From: Sphaerodactylus townsendi
Lineage: Eukaryota
Length of the DNA: 64,000 bases
Assembly: GCF_021028975.2 (NCBI RefSeq)
Contig: NC_059430.1
Span: forward strand, 44,020,001 to 44,084,000
Direction of reading: 5' to 3'
The translations under genes were made by a program, and so were the position numbers. This document shows positions 12,266 to 24,114 of this stretch, piece by piece. Below the pieces are notes generated by a model. That model searched no databases. It saw only the letters and a list, made by a program, of their open reading frames with translations, and was not told where the DNA came from. Within the stretch, counting starts at the first letter, position 1, and each line of letters starts with the position of its first letter.

Positions 12266-13103
12266 TCTGTGAAGATAACCTGATAATGAAACATGAAAAC
12301 AGAGTTGTCATAGATTACTGATCCCCAGGATGGTACCCAACAGTGTGTTTCCTGGAACCCACTTATTCTTTCCCAAAGCAAAGGGTCAATCCCATCTTTC
12401 TTCAACTTCATTACAGGAGGCGGTACTTCCAAAGAACCAAGGAGACTTTATTTCTGCAGGGCGTGCCCAATATAGGAGAATGCTAGGCACTGAACCTCTC
12501 AACATTTTGTGACTGGACCCAGCCTTCATGGCAGCCATTTTGTTATTGGTCCTGCCTACTCCCATGGCAGGCATTTTACTGCTGCACTTACTATCTGTTC
12601 TCAAAATTCCAAAAGTGCCCACAGGTTCAACAAGGTTGAGGACCTACCATAGACCTTAGAAATGGCATTGTGGAGTAATTTGGCCTTAGGTTTGCTTCAA
12701 AAGGATAAAGATGATAACAATAAAAGTTGTTGCACCATAGATTAAATGGAAATAACACAGAGCCCATTTTCCCAGAAACCCTGGGAACTATAGTTCTGTG
12801 AGGCAGGTTATGAATCTCACAGAATACTCGGCACTTGCATTCCTACTCCACACGTCAACAACCTACAACTCCCAGAATTCTTTGGAGGAAGTACTGATAC
12901 TGATTTAAAACAGTTAAAATTTATAATACACGTAAATAATGTCTACTTAACTGTGTACTTCTTTATAGTTAATCCAGAATCCCATAGTTTACACATTAAC
13001 ATCTAGAGTCTAATTCTCCCTTTCTTGCTCTTCCAGTCTCCAGCAATACCATCCTTTACCTAACCACATCCATAACATACAAATGATCAATGCAAGCACT
13101 TAC

Positions 13104-13285
13104 CTCATGTTTCAGTTTTGCGCAATGAGTTTGAGGCCTTGTTTGTAGACCTGATGCTGTTGACTTTTAAGCTGTTGCTGGTCAGTGGTGCAGGCATAAT
13201 CATGCTGATCTGCACTGTTGTGTTGTTGCAGTGTTTTGGGCTTACTCATAATGCCAGCTCAGCATTACAAGTCACGAGGCAGAGG
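13104..13285 (-). other. SMCO3: Candidate non-coding exon 1 of SMCO3
   Basis: Strong donor GAG|GTAAGT at 13103-13098 and an AT-rich TATA-like element (AATAAAAGTATA, minus) at about 13301-13312. Confidence 0.5.
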
Positions 13286-13388
13286 CACTGTGTTCTCTGC
13301 TATACTTTTATTGGCTAAATAGCAATTCACAGAATCAGGATACAACCCCTTTTTTCCCTTTTCTTTTGCCCTGATGTCACAGCTGACT

Positions 13389-13545
13389 TATAAGAACATA
13401 AGAGTAGCCCTTCTGGATCAAACCAGCGGACCATCTAATCCAGTATCCTGTCTCTCACAATGGCCAACCAGTTTTCCTCTGGAGGTCCAACAACAGAACA
13501 TAAAGATTGAGGCCTTTCCCTGATGTTGCCTCTGATTCCATGAAA
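13389..13545 (-). mobile_element. CR1-tailed SINE or CR1 3' fragment
   Basis: Reverse complement of the ggattagatggtcc...tgatccag...tcttatgttctta tail. Confidence 0.65.
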
Positions 13546-13739
13546 AAGCCTTCCCAAGCAGGCTACCCGACAGTGTGGGGAGGCTAAAGACACAAAAAAG
13601 CTGCCCCACCACCAAAAAGCCTTCATTGGGCTTAATGGACATATGCTGCCAAGAAGGTGGCATAAGCATTGCTCCCAACAGTGGATTCACCCCCACCCCC
13701 ACCCCCACCCCCACCCCACACACACACGCACTTTGGATG

Positions 13740-14945
13740 GGGTCATTGTGAAATCCCCCACAACAGTTTGTAGTTTTGGGCAACTGTTCCTGGGCTGCAT
13801 AACGATGATTCCATATTCTTATAGAAAACTGAGAATCTCTACCAGCTAAACCCTGAATATGTGCAGAGAAAAAGTATGCTAGCACCTCATTATAACTGTC
13901 TTCAACTGGAAATGTGGTGACAAGCTTATCAAAAACACTTCTCACCTCTTTGACTGGGATAAAAGCTAATGCATCAAGAGATTTCATTGTAACTTTTGTT
14001 GACATATTCAGTCTTCAAACCAACATTTTTTATTTTCCTAGTGAGACTCTGGCCCATTATGCATGGAACACTTACTTTGGGACCCTTCTCTGCACAGTGG
14101 GTTTGCAGAGGGCTGTCTTCATGTTTCTCTGTTAAACACAAGGGTGCACTTCTTTCTGGAAGTGCAGTTTTTCTGCAAAGAATTCCCCTGGCCTGGTTCT
14201 CTTAACTCGCCCATCAACTTATTCTTAAAGGCACAGGTCTCAAAGGCACTTATTCTAATTATTAAAGGCACAGATCTCATTACACTCTGTAGTCAAGATT
14301 GCTATCTCAGTCTTTAAACTGCACTTTTGTCAATATTACTGTTCCAAAAATAATTCTCCCCCACCATGCCTTAGAGTCAATATTTTTTCTCTCTCTCTTC
14401 CCCCCCCCCTCGCCCCACATACATACACTCCTTAATGCTGCCACGGGAGCACAGAGAGGCTTGTTATTCCCAAGCGCTCTCATTATTATGTTGATATCTT
14501 GGTGTATCATTAGAGAATGCAGAGGTCAGTGTGTTTGGACAAAGCCTGTGTGAGTGAGCTTCTTTTCTTTCACTTGAAGGAGCCGGCAACTTGGAAGGAA
14601 GATGTGGGTAGCAGTGGGAGGGAGGGCGAAGGCTAGCTGTGGGTGAGGGAAGATGGCCAGGGCAAAGCTGCGCTCATTGGCAAATCTGCCTGTTCTAGTG
14701 GTGAAGCAAAATTAAAATCAGGCTAGAAGTGGTCTTGCTTGCCATGGACAGATTGAAAAGTGAAAGGGGCACTTGAAGAAATACATCTGTACAACAAATC
14801 TTGCTGCGACAGACATTCTCCCCCACCATGCAGCAAACACACTGTGCATAATCAGCCTCTGACACAGAGGAAAATAACCCCCTTTGACCTCAGCATCTGG
14901 AAAGGCAATCCTCACTGCGATCAAGCCTTCTCGAAATCGTGTGGA
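13740..14945 (-). mobile_element. Degenerate MULE (Mutator-like) transposase fossil in two pieces (about 14850-14945 and 13740-14055)
   Basis: Frameshifted motifs DFEKA..AVRIAFPDAEVKGGYFPLCQ, QSLTRKIKNVGLKTEY, LAFIP..V...F..L, YF...IQG, IWNH...LPKTTN..GGFHN match the MULE DDE consensus (DFExA..FP...GCxFH; WN...PRTNNxxEGxH). Confidence 0.72.
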
Positions 14946-16591
14946 CATTTTTCTGTGTGGGCAATTTTCAGTGTGGGCATTTTTCCATGTGGGCTTTTTT
15001 CCTGTGGGTTCACATTTGAAATCACAGTTTCAGAATAAAAACACCAGTAAGATATACTCAGTAGTTCAAGGCTAACTGTAAGTTTATGTAGATGTCATGT
15101 ATGCTTTGTTTTTATATGCAACAAAAATGCAAAGAAGGCATAGACTTCTGGCTCACATTGCATTTCTCACATGGTGTTCAATACTGAGTAAGGCTGAGGT
15201 TTTAGTCTATATGTTTGGCTGGATCTTTTGGCAGTATAGAAGAAAGATGCTCTTCATGAACATGAGACTCTCACTTAGGACCAACATGAACGGGAAAAGT
15301 CTTACATAAGCAGGTAGGATTTGCAAAATGTTATTTGTAAGAAACAAAGATAATACTTCTACGTTTGCTTTTAATGTTAGTTAATGCCATATGCAGGGGT
15401 TAAACTACATTTATGCCAAGGATGCACATTGACATTTGTCAACATATAATTTTGTTTTATATAGCACTGGGTGAAGCTGAGTTGAATTGGAGCTATGGTG
15501 TTAAGAAAAGTTCTCTCACATACTTTTATGGTATTGAAACTAGCCATTAAGGATTGATGTTAGCTACAATAGAAAGGTGGGAAAAAGAAGACCCTCTTTC
15601 TTTTAACCAGGATTTCAATCAGGAAAATGGGGGGGGGGGGGGGGCTAACCTCTCTTCAGAACTTAGTGCTGCAATTCAAACACAACTTGGTCTCTTTCCA
15701 AATGCTTTTGGAAGCCAAAATATGGTGGGGAGGATTCAGCCATGGAACCTCAATATAACATTTAGTTTAATCTTTTGATATCACTGGTTATAAGATTAGG
15801 GACATGGTTATAAGATTAGGGAAAGGACTGAATCTAGCATTAAAGCCACTATCTGTCTAGGAGAGAGATTTTAGATTATAATACATGTATAACTTTAATT
15901 TATAATACATGTATATAGCTCCCGAGTTCTATCATGCCATTTCCATGATTGACACCCTCACCCATTCCTACTGTTATGGAAAAGAGAAAGGCAAAAATGG
16001 GTGCTTCTAATATACCATAACATTTAATTTTCATTACAGTTTTTACAAGATGTATAGCACAGTTCAACCTAACTAAATTAATGCTTTGTCCCATTAACAT
16101 GTAAATCTTAGATGCAAGTCCTTTGTCATTTTGGCATAAATATCCTGCCAGTCTGTTTCCAATCCTGGGGGAGAGGATGCCAGTGAACAAAGCCATCAGT
16201 TCCTCAAACAGCTTGACATTCCAGGTCATCTGAAGAGCTACCAAGAAGGATCTCAAAATCCCCCCGAGCATTCTGGAAACCATTTGGATCATTGTCTACA
16301 AGGGTAGATCATCTTGAAAGGTCTCCAATTTGTTAAGATGGTTCAGAATTGGAGACTTCCTTTGTAGTATACTTTACATTACCACCCTAAATTGAATAGT
16401 GGGGTCAAATTAACCCAAGAAGCCTGGTAGGTGTGTGGATAGGGGAGAAATAAAACTTTACTTTCAATTTTCTACTACTCAATACTCCATTGACAAAATT
16501 GTACTTTCCTAATTGTCTCCCTAGTGACTTTATAGTTATTCTGTCCCTTCAGGAAGAAATCATATAGTGCAGTTTTTTTTCTTTGCAGTTA

Positions 16592-16721
16592 GGCCCCTTC
16601 CACACATGCAGAATAACGCACTTTCAATCCACTTTCACAATTGTTTGCAAGTGGATTTTGCTATTCCGCACAGCTGCAAAGTGCATTGAAAGTGCATTAT
16701 TCTGCATGCGCAGAAGGGGCC
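16592..16721. mobile_element. Palindromic PIF/Harbinger MITE
   Basis: TIRs GGCCCCTTC / GAAGGGGCC, 3-bp TSD TTA, foldback body. Confidence 0.88.
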
Positions 16722-17073
16722 TTAGTGTCATGCCCAATGAAGTGCCCAATTAAAAAAAATATTGCTAAATTTGGCATTTATTTTGCTTTCTCACCAGATC
16801 AGTAAAGTGTTTTTTTTTTCAGGACATAAACAAATCTTGCAAATCTTTTATTTGGTTAGTTATTTTAAAAAATTAGATGTTTCTGTTTTAAGTGTAGAAA
16901 TATTTGAAATATTTTATTAATATCCTGTTCAACATAGAATATGTTTTTTTGCCTCTTTTTATTTTGAATTTTGAGGCTTGTGGAGGCTTATGAGTGAGAT
17001 AGGCTTGGAATTGATTTCTGTATGCTTAGTTTTATTTGCTTTTACTTTCAGTGTGCCCTCTCACTTTCTGGAA

Positions 17074-17853
17074 ATGCTGTCCTTGTTTGGTCCAGAGAAG
17101 GATAAGCAGAGGCTGTGCAATGCTAGCCGTGCTCTGTACGACTGTGTCTACCTCTTTGTCTCTTCCAGCAACACTATGTTCCGAATGCTCAACCAGTACC
17201 TCGGAACTGAATTTCCCAATGTTGTTGTGAGGGAAAGCCTCAGCATCAAGGAGAACCTCCAGCTTCTCATGAGTGCTCTGAAAGATATGCAAGAGACAGT
17301 GGAGTTGAAGGATAGGGATGTCCAGCAGCGTGTCAGTGGCCCATTGTATGCTAAGATAGTTCAACCCATTTCCCCCATGAATGAAAGAGTTCAGCTTGTG
17401 AAGGAGATGCATAACCTTTATGGGGGATCTTTTGCAACGATCTGTGGTCCCATCGCTGCAGTCTTATTGAAAAATGGTGATCTTCCTGAAAAACTACAGT
17501 CTGCCTTGCGGGTGCTAGGGAACTCTCATGTGATGTCTCTTCGAGTTGGTGATCTTCTCATGACCCATGATGAAATTGCTAAAGCCCTTCCAGAACCCAG
17601 CACTACTTCAGCCTCTCCAGCTGCTGTACCTGAAGTGAAGAATCGCAGTCAGTCTCTATCTTCCATGAATTACTCACTTAACAACTTCTTACGGGTAGTT
17701 CTTCGGGGACGGACTCCCAAGAACAGCTTTGAAATGGCTGCAGGTTGCCTGGAAGATGTGGTTAAAGTGTTGAAGCCAGCTTGTGAAAATTTCAAAAGTA
17801 TTGTTAAGAGGGCCGAAGAGTACGTCACACTCATCATCGATAAGTTGCAGTGA
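17074..17853 (+). CDS. C12orf60: C12orf60 homologue, 259 aa, single coding exon
   Basis: MLSLFGPEKDKQRLCNASRAL... resembles the human C12orf60 start (EKDKERLIQAA) and C-terminus (KN..xxAAxxLEx.VK). Acceptor tttactttcag at 17041-17051, AATAAA at 17913-17918, syntenic with WBP11 and SMCO3. Confidence 0.88.
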   Translation: MLSLFGPEKDKQRLCNASRALYDCVYLFVSSSNTMFRMLNQYLGTEFPNVVVRESLSIKENLQLLMSALKDMQETVELKDRDVQQRVSGPLYAKIVQPISPMNERVQLVKEMHNLYGGSFATICGPIAAVLLKNGDLPEKLQSALRVLGNSHVMSLRVGDLLMTHDEIAKALPEPSTTSASPAAVPEVKNRSQSLSSMNYSLNNFLRVVLRGRTPKNSFEMAAGCLEDVVKVLKPACENFKSIVKRAEEYVTLIIDKLQ

Positions 17854-18580
17854 TCTAGAAGATGTTTGCTGAGTTGTTAGAAATCTGTTTACACAACAGG
17901 GGAAGTTGTGCAAATAAAAGAGAAAACTTCTACTGGTTGCAGCAATTGTATTTCCTTCCATATGACAATGTTTCTCCATGTAGCTCTTGCTTCCACTATG
18001 AATGCAGAGATATTTACAACAGAGCATCCATGCGACAGTTTTCCTTGTAGTTTCCTTGCCTTAGGCCTGTCACCCCTTGCCACCAGAGGACTGACACATT
18101 GCAGTGGCGTAGCTGCCACGAGAACATCTGGGGAGAAACGACCCGGGTGCCCCCGTGAGAGTCATGGGGGGGGGGGGCAAAAAGTTTTCCCCACACTTCC
18201 AGGTGGGAGGAGGGTCATGGCTTGCCCTCAGCACAACATGCATGTGCTACCCAGGCCAACGCCTGCCCGGGCAGCATGCACATGTCATGCTGAGGCCCAG
18301 CCACACCCCCTGTGGTGCCCTGCCCCCCACCCACCCCCATGCCCCCCTCCCCCACGCCCTCCACTTACCTGAGTTCAGCCATTTTAAAAAGCAGCCTGGT
18401 GGGAACTACACTTCCCAGGAGACCTTGCAAGCCCCCCCCCCCCCGGGAGGCCTCTGCAGGAGTTGGGGCTTTTTGCAGCTGGCTGAACTCACATAAGTGG
18501 GAAGGGGTGAGGCCCAGGCGCCATTTTGCCACCGGTGCTATTTCCCCCCACCACCACTGACACACTGGAATGGTCAATAT

Positions 18581-18979
18581 GCCAAAAAGGTCTGGATTCT
18601 GTGCCCTATGAGGAGCAGCTTAGGGAGCCAAGTATTAGTCTGAAAAAGAGAAGGTTAAGGGGTGACATAATAGCCATAATTAAACATGTGATGGGATATC
18701 ATGTTGAAGATGGACTTCTGCTGCTCCAGAGACTAGGATGAGGAGTAATGGATTCAAAGTACAGGAAACGAGATTCCACCTAAACATTAGGAAGAACTTC
18801 CTAACGACAGTGACTGTTCAACAATGAAATATGCTGCCTCAGAATGTAGTCCTTCTTTGGAGGATTTTAAACAAAGGCTGGATGGCCGTCTGTCAGGGTT
18901 GCATTGATGTGTATTCCTGCATGGCAGGGGATTTGACTGGATGGCCCTTCTGGTCTCTTCCAACTCTATGATTCTATGA
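18581..18979 (+). mobile_element. CR1 LINE 3' fragment, second subfamily (ATTCTATG tail)
   Basis: PYEEQLRE..SLKKRRLRGDIIAIIK motif, ending in ctctatgattctatga. Confidence 0.85.
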
Positions 18980-19274
18980 CTTTAGAGAGGTTTTTAAAAA
19001 TCACTTGCTAAATTGCTACAGCACAGTGCCATTATTATCACAGTCTATTACTTTCTCCAAGTTTCCACCAGCTATCCCTTTTCATTGTGGAGATATAAAG
19101 AGTATACATTTCCCTTCATACCTCTCAACAAAAGTGACCAGATGCTTTCTTTTACTAAAAAATGAAAACCGGGAATAGTTTTCCCAGGAAGTATTAGACC
19201 ATGACACTCCAGATCATTGTAATGGTGGTCATGGTTCACAAACAGCTGTATCATTTTCAGCTTTTCAAAGTTAG

Positions 19275-19562
19275 ATGGTATAGTGACTAAGAGCAGTCGA
19301 CTCTAATCTAGAGAACTGCACTTAATTCTCCACTCCTCCACATGTGCAATGAGCTCTACTCTGGAGAGCCGAATTAGATTCCCCACTACTCAAAATGCAG
19401 CCTCCTGGGTGACCTTGGGCTAGCCACAGCTCTCTTCGAGATCTCTCAGTCCCACCTATTTCACAAGGTGTCTGTTGTGGGAAAAGGAAGGGGAGGAGTT
19501 TGTAAGTTGCTTTGAGACTCCTTACAGGAGAAAAATGTGGAGTATAAATCCAAACTCTTCAA
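19275..19562 (+). mobile_element. tRNA-derived squamate SINE (Squam3-like)
   Basis: A-box-like tggtatagtg, gactctaatct.gagaac, gggtgaccttgggc core and ataaatccaaactcttc tail. Confidence 0.7.
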
Positions 19563-19890
19563 CTCTCTTTTTGAACTGAAGGTGAAAGTTAATATTTGGC
19601 TTTAGTATACTCCTGATCCAAAGGTTTCTGGACAACATTCTTTTCGTTGTATTACAGGACCATCCTAAAGCAGAATTATGCCCTTCTAAGTTCATTAAGT
19701 CAGCAGGCTTGGAAGGATGTAATTGTGCTTTTGGACTGCACTATTATTCTAGTACAGATTTGTGTTCAAGCCAGTGGTCTGTCTAATCCTGTACTTTCAC
19801 ATGGTTGAGTTACTAGCATTAATATGCCAGAATTCTGAGCTCTGGGTTCTTTTGTTCAGAATGAAACAGGAAGATACCTCAGTATTACAG

Positions 19891-20288
19891 AATCACAATA
19901 CTAGAACCAGGGGGCATACATTGAAAATGCTGGGGGGGGAAGAATTAGGACTAATAAAAGGAAACACTTCTTCACGCAACGTGTGATTGGTGTTTGGAAT
20001 ATGCTGCCACAGGAGGTGGTGATGGCCACTAACCTGGATAGTTTTAAAAGGGGCTTGGATAGATTTATGGAGAAGTCGATTTATGGCTACCAATCTTGAT
20101 CCTCTTTGATCTGAGATTTTCAAATGCCTTAACAGTCCAGGTGCTCAGGAGCAAAAGCCGCAGAAGGCCATTGCCTTCACATCCTGCATGTGAGCTCCCA
20201 AAGGCACCTGGTGGGCCACTGCAAGTAGCAGAGAGCTGGACTATATGGACTGTGGTCTGATCCAGCTGGCTTGTTCTTATGTTCTTAA
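19891..20288 (+). mobile_element. CR1/L3-type LINE 3' end
   Basis: Near-identical to about 164-556. Confidence 0.9.
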
Positions 20289-21327
20289 TCATGCATACCA
20301 TTTATCAGCCTAGAAGAACAACTGTCATATCACTCATGGCTACCTCTGCATCATAAAGCAATTTGACTGCTGCATTGTTACAATCTACCCTTGTAGACTT
20401 GCTGCTTGCTTGGGAGGTTTACTGCAAGTATAAGATAGCTCACATCCACAGAAAACAATCTGTTATTCAGCCTCACTGGTTCTGGATTTTGAGCTCGTGA
20501 GCAATTGATTTGTGACTGCAAAAAGTGCTATCCTTGTCATTAGGTAAAATGTCCACATGGTGGCAGCAGATGAGCAATAATGATGAGTCAAGTGACCAAA
20601 CTGGTGCATTCTTAAAAAGAAAACTAATTAGAGACAGTGTACCAATGAGTTTGAGCCTCAGTTGTGGCAGGTCTCCCTGCCCCACCCCACCATCACCATG
20701 GTTAAAGACTGTGTCTTCAGTTTTATAAAGCAGCATGGGGGATTTAGGTTGCTGCTGCAGCTGGCAATAGCACTGCAATTTAGAATAATTTTTTTTCTCA
20801 GTCTCACGGAGTTACACTTCCATTGGTAATTGTGCACTCATCCCCCCCACACACACACACACACACAAACACACGCACACACATTTATTCTATTCCTTTC
20901 CCCTCTGGAAGATCTTCCAGCAGCAAAGAGGGCAAAAGACAAGTGTGGTTATAGTTGGAATAGTGAACATGAGGAAATATTGGTGCCATCACCAGTACAA
21001 TACCAAAACAATACTAAAATAGTTTACACAAACACACAGAATGAGCTGACTCTTATTTTTTTTTCCCTTGGTAGTGCTCCCATCCACCCCCCACCCCCCT
21101 GGGGAGGTCCTGAGTAGTAATGGAACATGGAGAGGTAGAGAGATGGCACCTTCCCCTTGATCCTTATTTCCTCTCCATCCATAGTGCCATGTGGCTTATG
21201 TACCTGATTTTTCAGCCACAACAGACAGCCCCATCCCAGTCTGGGTGGGGGCGGGGGTGGGGGTGGGGTGGGATCATGTAACAGTGTTTCAGTCCATGGT
21301 TTGCATACAGATGATTCCAGGTTCAGT

Positions 21328-21632
21328 CCAGCATGGTGTAGTGGTTAGGAATGGTGGACTCTAATCTGGAGAACTGGGTTTGATTCCCCTCTCCTCCTCG
21401 CGAGCGGTGGCCTCTTATCTGGTGAACTGGGTTTGTTTCCCCACTCCTACCCACAAAGCCTGCTGGGTGACCTTGGGTGTGACCTTAGTCACAATTCTCT
21501 CAGAAATCTCTCAGCCCCACCTACCTCACAAGGTGCCTGTGGTGGGGAGAGGAAGGGAAAGGACTTTGTAAGCCACTTTGACTCTCATTACAGCAGAGAA
21601 AGGCAAGGTATAAATCCAAATTCTTCTTCTTT
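21328..21632 (+). mobile_element. tRNA-derived squamate SINE (Squam3-like)
   Basis: A box tggtgtagtggttagg, B box ggtttgattccc, (TTC)n tail. Confidence 0.8.
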
Positions 21633-22938
21633 TAATTCTTCTTCAGTCCCTCACATCACCAAGTAAAGGATCTCAGGGAGCAGGAAAGGTCCCTCTGTGC
21701 CTGATTCATTGCTGACAGTCAGAGTAGGACTGAGCTAGATGGACCAGAAGTCTGACTTGGTATAAGGCAACTTCATAAGTAAGAGTATCCTTTTACAGCT
21801 GGTGAGGACCAGTACTTTTTTTTTTAAGGGGGAGAGGTAAGATGTACTTAAGTTCTCTGGGAGGTTTTCTTTGTCCTTTTGCTGGCAGGAAAAAAATGTA
21901 AAAGGTTTTTTCAAAAGAAATGAAGCCTTCATGAACTGAGCAACCTCTAATAGCAATTTACCCTGGGTAGCACAAGATGTTTACTGGTGAAATTGGTTCC
22001 TATACAAAGTTAGTGCTAAAGTGAAAAGGGGAGCATATTCATGAACAGTTTTCCACACACACCCTCCTCCTCCTCCACCACCACCACCACCAAATACAGA
22101 CACAAAATGCTCCTGCCCCTTTGGCTAATTTTTGGTTAGGAATACAAAAGAAAGTGCAAGTATTTGCTGCCTCTCCCCAGGTTATGGAAAAAACCCTTCA
22201 GCATTCTTCTTCTAGATGCTCCACTGGCTGCTGCTTCAGCACCATTAAAAAAAATCATTTCCTGTTAGAAACAGTGAGATTTTCATGTAGCCAATCAGAT
22301 CTGGCCAGGTGGCAGCTCCAGTAATAAAATAGCCAAAAAATGTCTTCACTGTTGCATAGCTTTGCATGTTCTAGGTGATGTCATCAGCTAGGAACTCTTA
22401 CAGGCTATATGACCACTTCATAATTTCAACAAAGAAAAAAAACAATTGAAAAACATGAAAATAGCTACCCAAGGTTACAAACAGCTGAGAAGTGTGATAA
22501 CAGAGTAAGATTTGGGGTGTGTGCAAAAACAAAATTGTATCTCCTTTCTAAAATCCCTATGCCATAATTTGAACCCTGAGAAAACTCAGTGCAGCACTAA
22601 TACCAGGTATTGATATGATTTTGCCTCCAGAGCCCTACCAGAAAAGCAGCCCTAGAAATGATCATTTTTTACTCAGTAGACACTTGACCACTCCACTACT
22701 ATCCCCTCCTCCATGGCATACCAATATATTGGAGGTTGTGGAACTGATTATTGGCAAAGATACCTCCAGGACAAAGGAGGAGTGTTTCATCCCTTTTTTC
22801 CTGATTAGACCCCTAAATAATTACTGCTGGAAATTGTACCAGTAAGGTTAAACCAGTATTGTTTCCCATTTATTTGCTCTCCCTTCCGATGGCTCCATGT
22901 AGAGATTCCATCCAGATGAGAATATGAAATGCCCACCT

Positions 22939-23068
22939 TCAGGTTCTTCCAAAAGTAAGGGCATATGCAGCTTGAAATCCTATTATTTCAGAGTAGTAGT
23001 CACAAGGTGCATAGTTTTCACACTGTTCATGCTTCATCTCCATTGGGGACTTAAACATTTCATAGTAC
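22939..23068 (-). CDS. Osteocalcin-like Gla protein (OC3 type), last exon
   Basis: (R)YYEMFKSPMEMKHEQCENYAPCDYYSEIIGFQAAYALTFGRT* carries the ExxxExCE-x4-CD...GFxxAY...FG Gla motif. Acceptor tactgcag at 23069, phase 2, and AATAAA at 22874-22869. Confidence 0.9.
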
Positions 23069-23399
23069 CTGCAGTACACAAAATGGAATCTCTTATCAAC
23101 CATGAAACTCATATGATAGCCACACATGTTAAAATGCTCTTATCTGCTACATGTGTCAGTCCAAATACATGCAACAGCTCCAAGCCTATGCAACACCCCC
23201 CGCCCCTTTTATCTGCTGGCCCTCTTGTGAAGATGTTAACCCCTTTTGGGCTGATGCAAAAAGTTCTTTTTAAATATGATACCAGCTCCAGAGAATGATC
23301 CAGCAAGTATTGTACTACCTGACCACCTGTAGATGGGAGAAGTAATGTTTAAATCTACCCTCAGATGCGTCGGCGTATATGACGCCGACACACACACCC

Positions 23400-23860
23400 G
23401 GGACCATTCGCATGACGCACCCCCCGGGACCATTTGCACCCCACCTGGTAGGGGTGGGGAAGACGGCGCAGCCTGCACGGAGGCTGCGCCGTCACCTGAA
23501 TGCCTTACCGTCCCTCCAACCTTCCGGCACATTGCCCAGGCCAGGGGACATGCCCCCTGACAGCTCTGGAGTCACAGGGCAGGGGGGAGCGTGTCCCCTG
23601 GCCTGGGCGAAGCGCCGGAAGGTCGGAGGGACGGTAAGGCGTTCGGGAAAGGGGATTCGCATGGCAGTGGTTGGAAGCCGCTGTTTCCAAAAAAAACCTC
23701 GCTCAGGGAGTGAGGTTCGGAAACAGCGGCTTCGTGCGCTCGGGGGTTGCGAGGCTGCCATTGCTGCGATGCAGCGGCGGTGGCCGGGCGAACCCCTCCC
23801 CAAGGATGCTGTTTTTAGCGTCCCTGGAACTCTGTATTCCGCCCATTTGGAAACAGGTTA
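23400..23860. mobile_element. GC-rich hairpin DNA element, same family as 5278-5733, in the OC3-like intron
   Basis: Shares ggggaca.gccccc...gcgtgtcccc.ggcc and ttcgcatggcag/ggaagccgctg motifs, with an internal inverted repeat at about 23505-23640. Confidence 0.6.
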
Positions 23861-24041
23861 AGGAAAGAAGTCTACTTCCTTCCAATTGAGCTCCTGCAAC
23901 CTCTTGTTTCTTCTCCTAGTTAATCAGTGGAGTTGTGTGTGCAATAAACCTGCAGAATGATATATGCAAGCATCTCAGTGTTTTTCAGTATGTGCAGTTC
24001 CTTCTTTATGGATATCAACATTAAACCCCGTAGACTCTTAC

Positions 24042-24114
24042 CTTTCATGATATGGATAGGATCTTTTCTGTCTCCTCACAAATTCATTGGCTATTTTCTT
24101 ATTTATCTTAATTC
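24042..24114 (-). CDS. Osteocalcin-like Gla protein, propeptide exon
   Basis: 73-nt exon, phase 1 to 2, encoding xIKINKKIANEFVRRQKRSYPYHER with an AxxF gamma-carboxylase site and an RQKR furin site. Bounded by ctcaacag and gtaaga, and it joins the last exon in frame. Confidence 0.9.

Noticed and set aside
15900-16292. 130-aa minus-strand ORF
   Set aside because: No recognisable host protein. KGLASKIY suggests a decayed L1/Tx1 fragment, but it is too weak to call.
16978-17073. N-terminal extension of the 291-aa ORF
   Set aside because: It starts at a TTG and crosses a polypyrimidine tract and acceptor at 17051. The real start is most likely the ATG at 17074.
20460-20610. Possible GPI-signal-like terminal exon (ART4 remnant)
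   Set aside because: Only a vague hydrophobic stretch, with no catalytic exon upstream.
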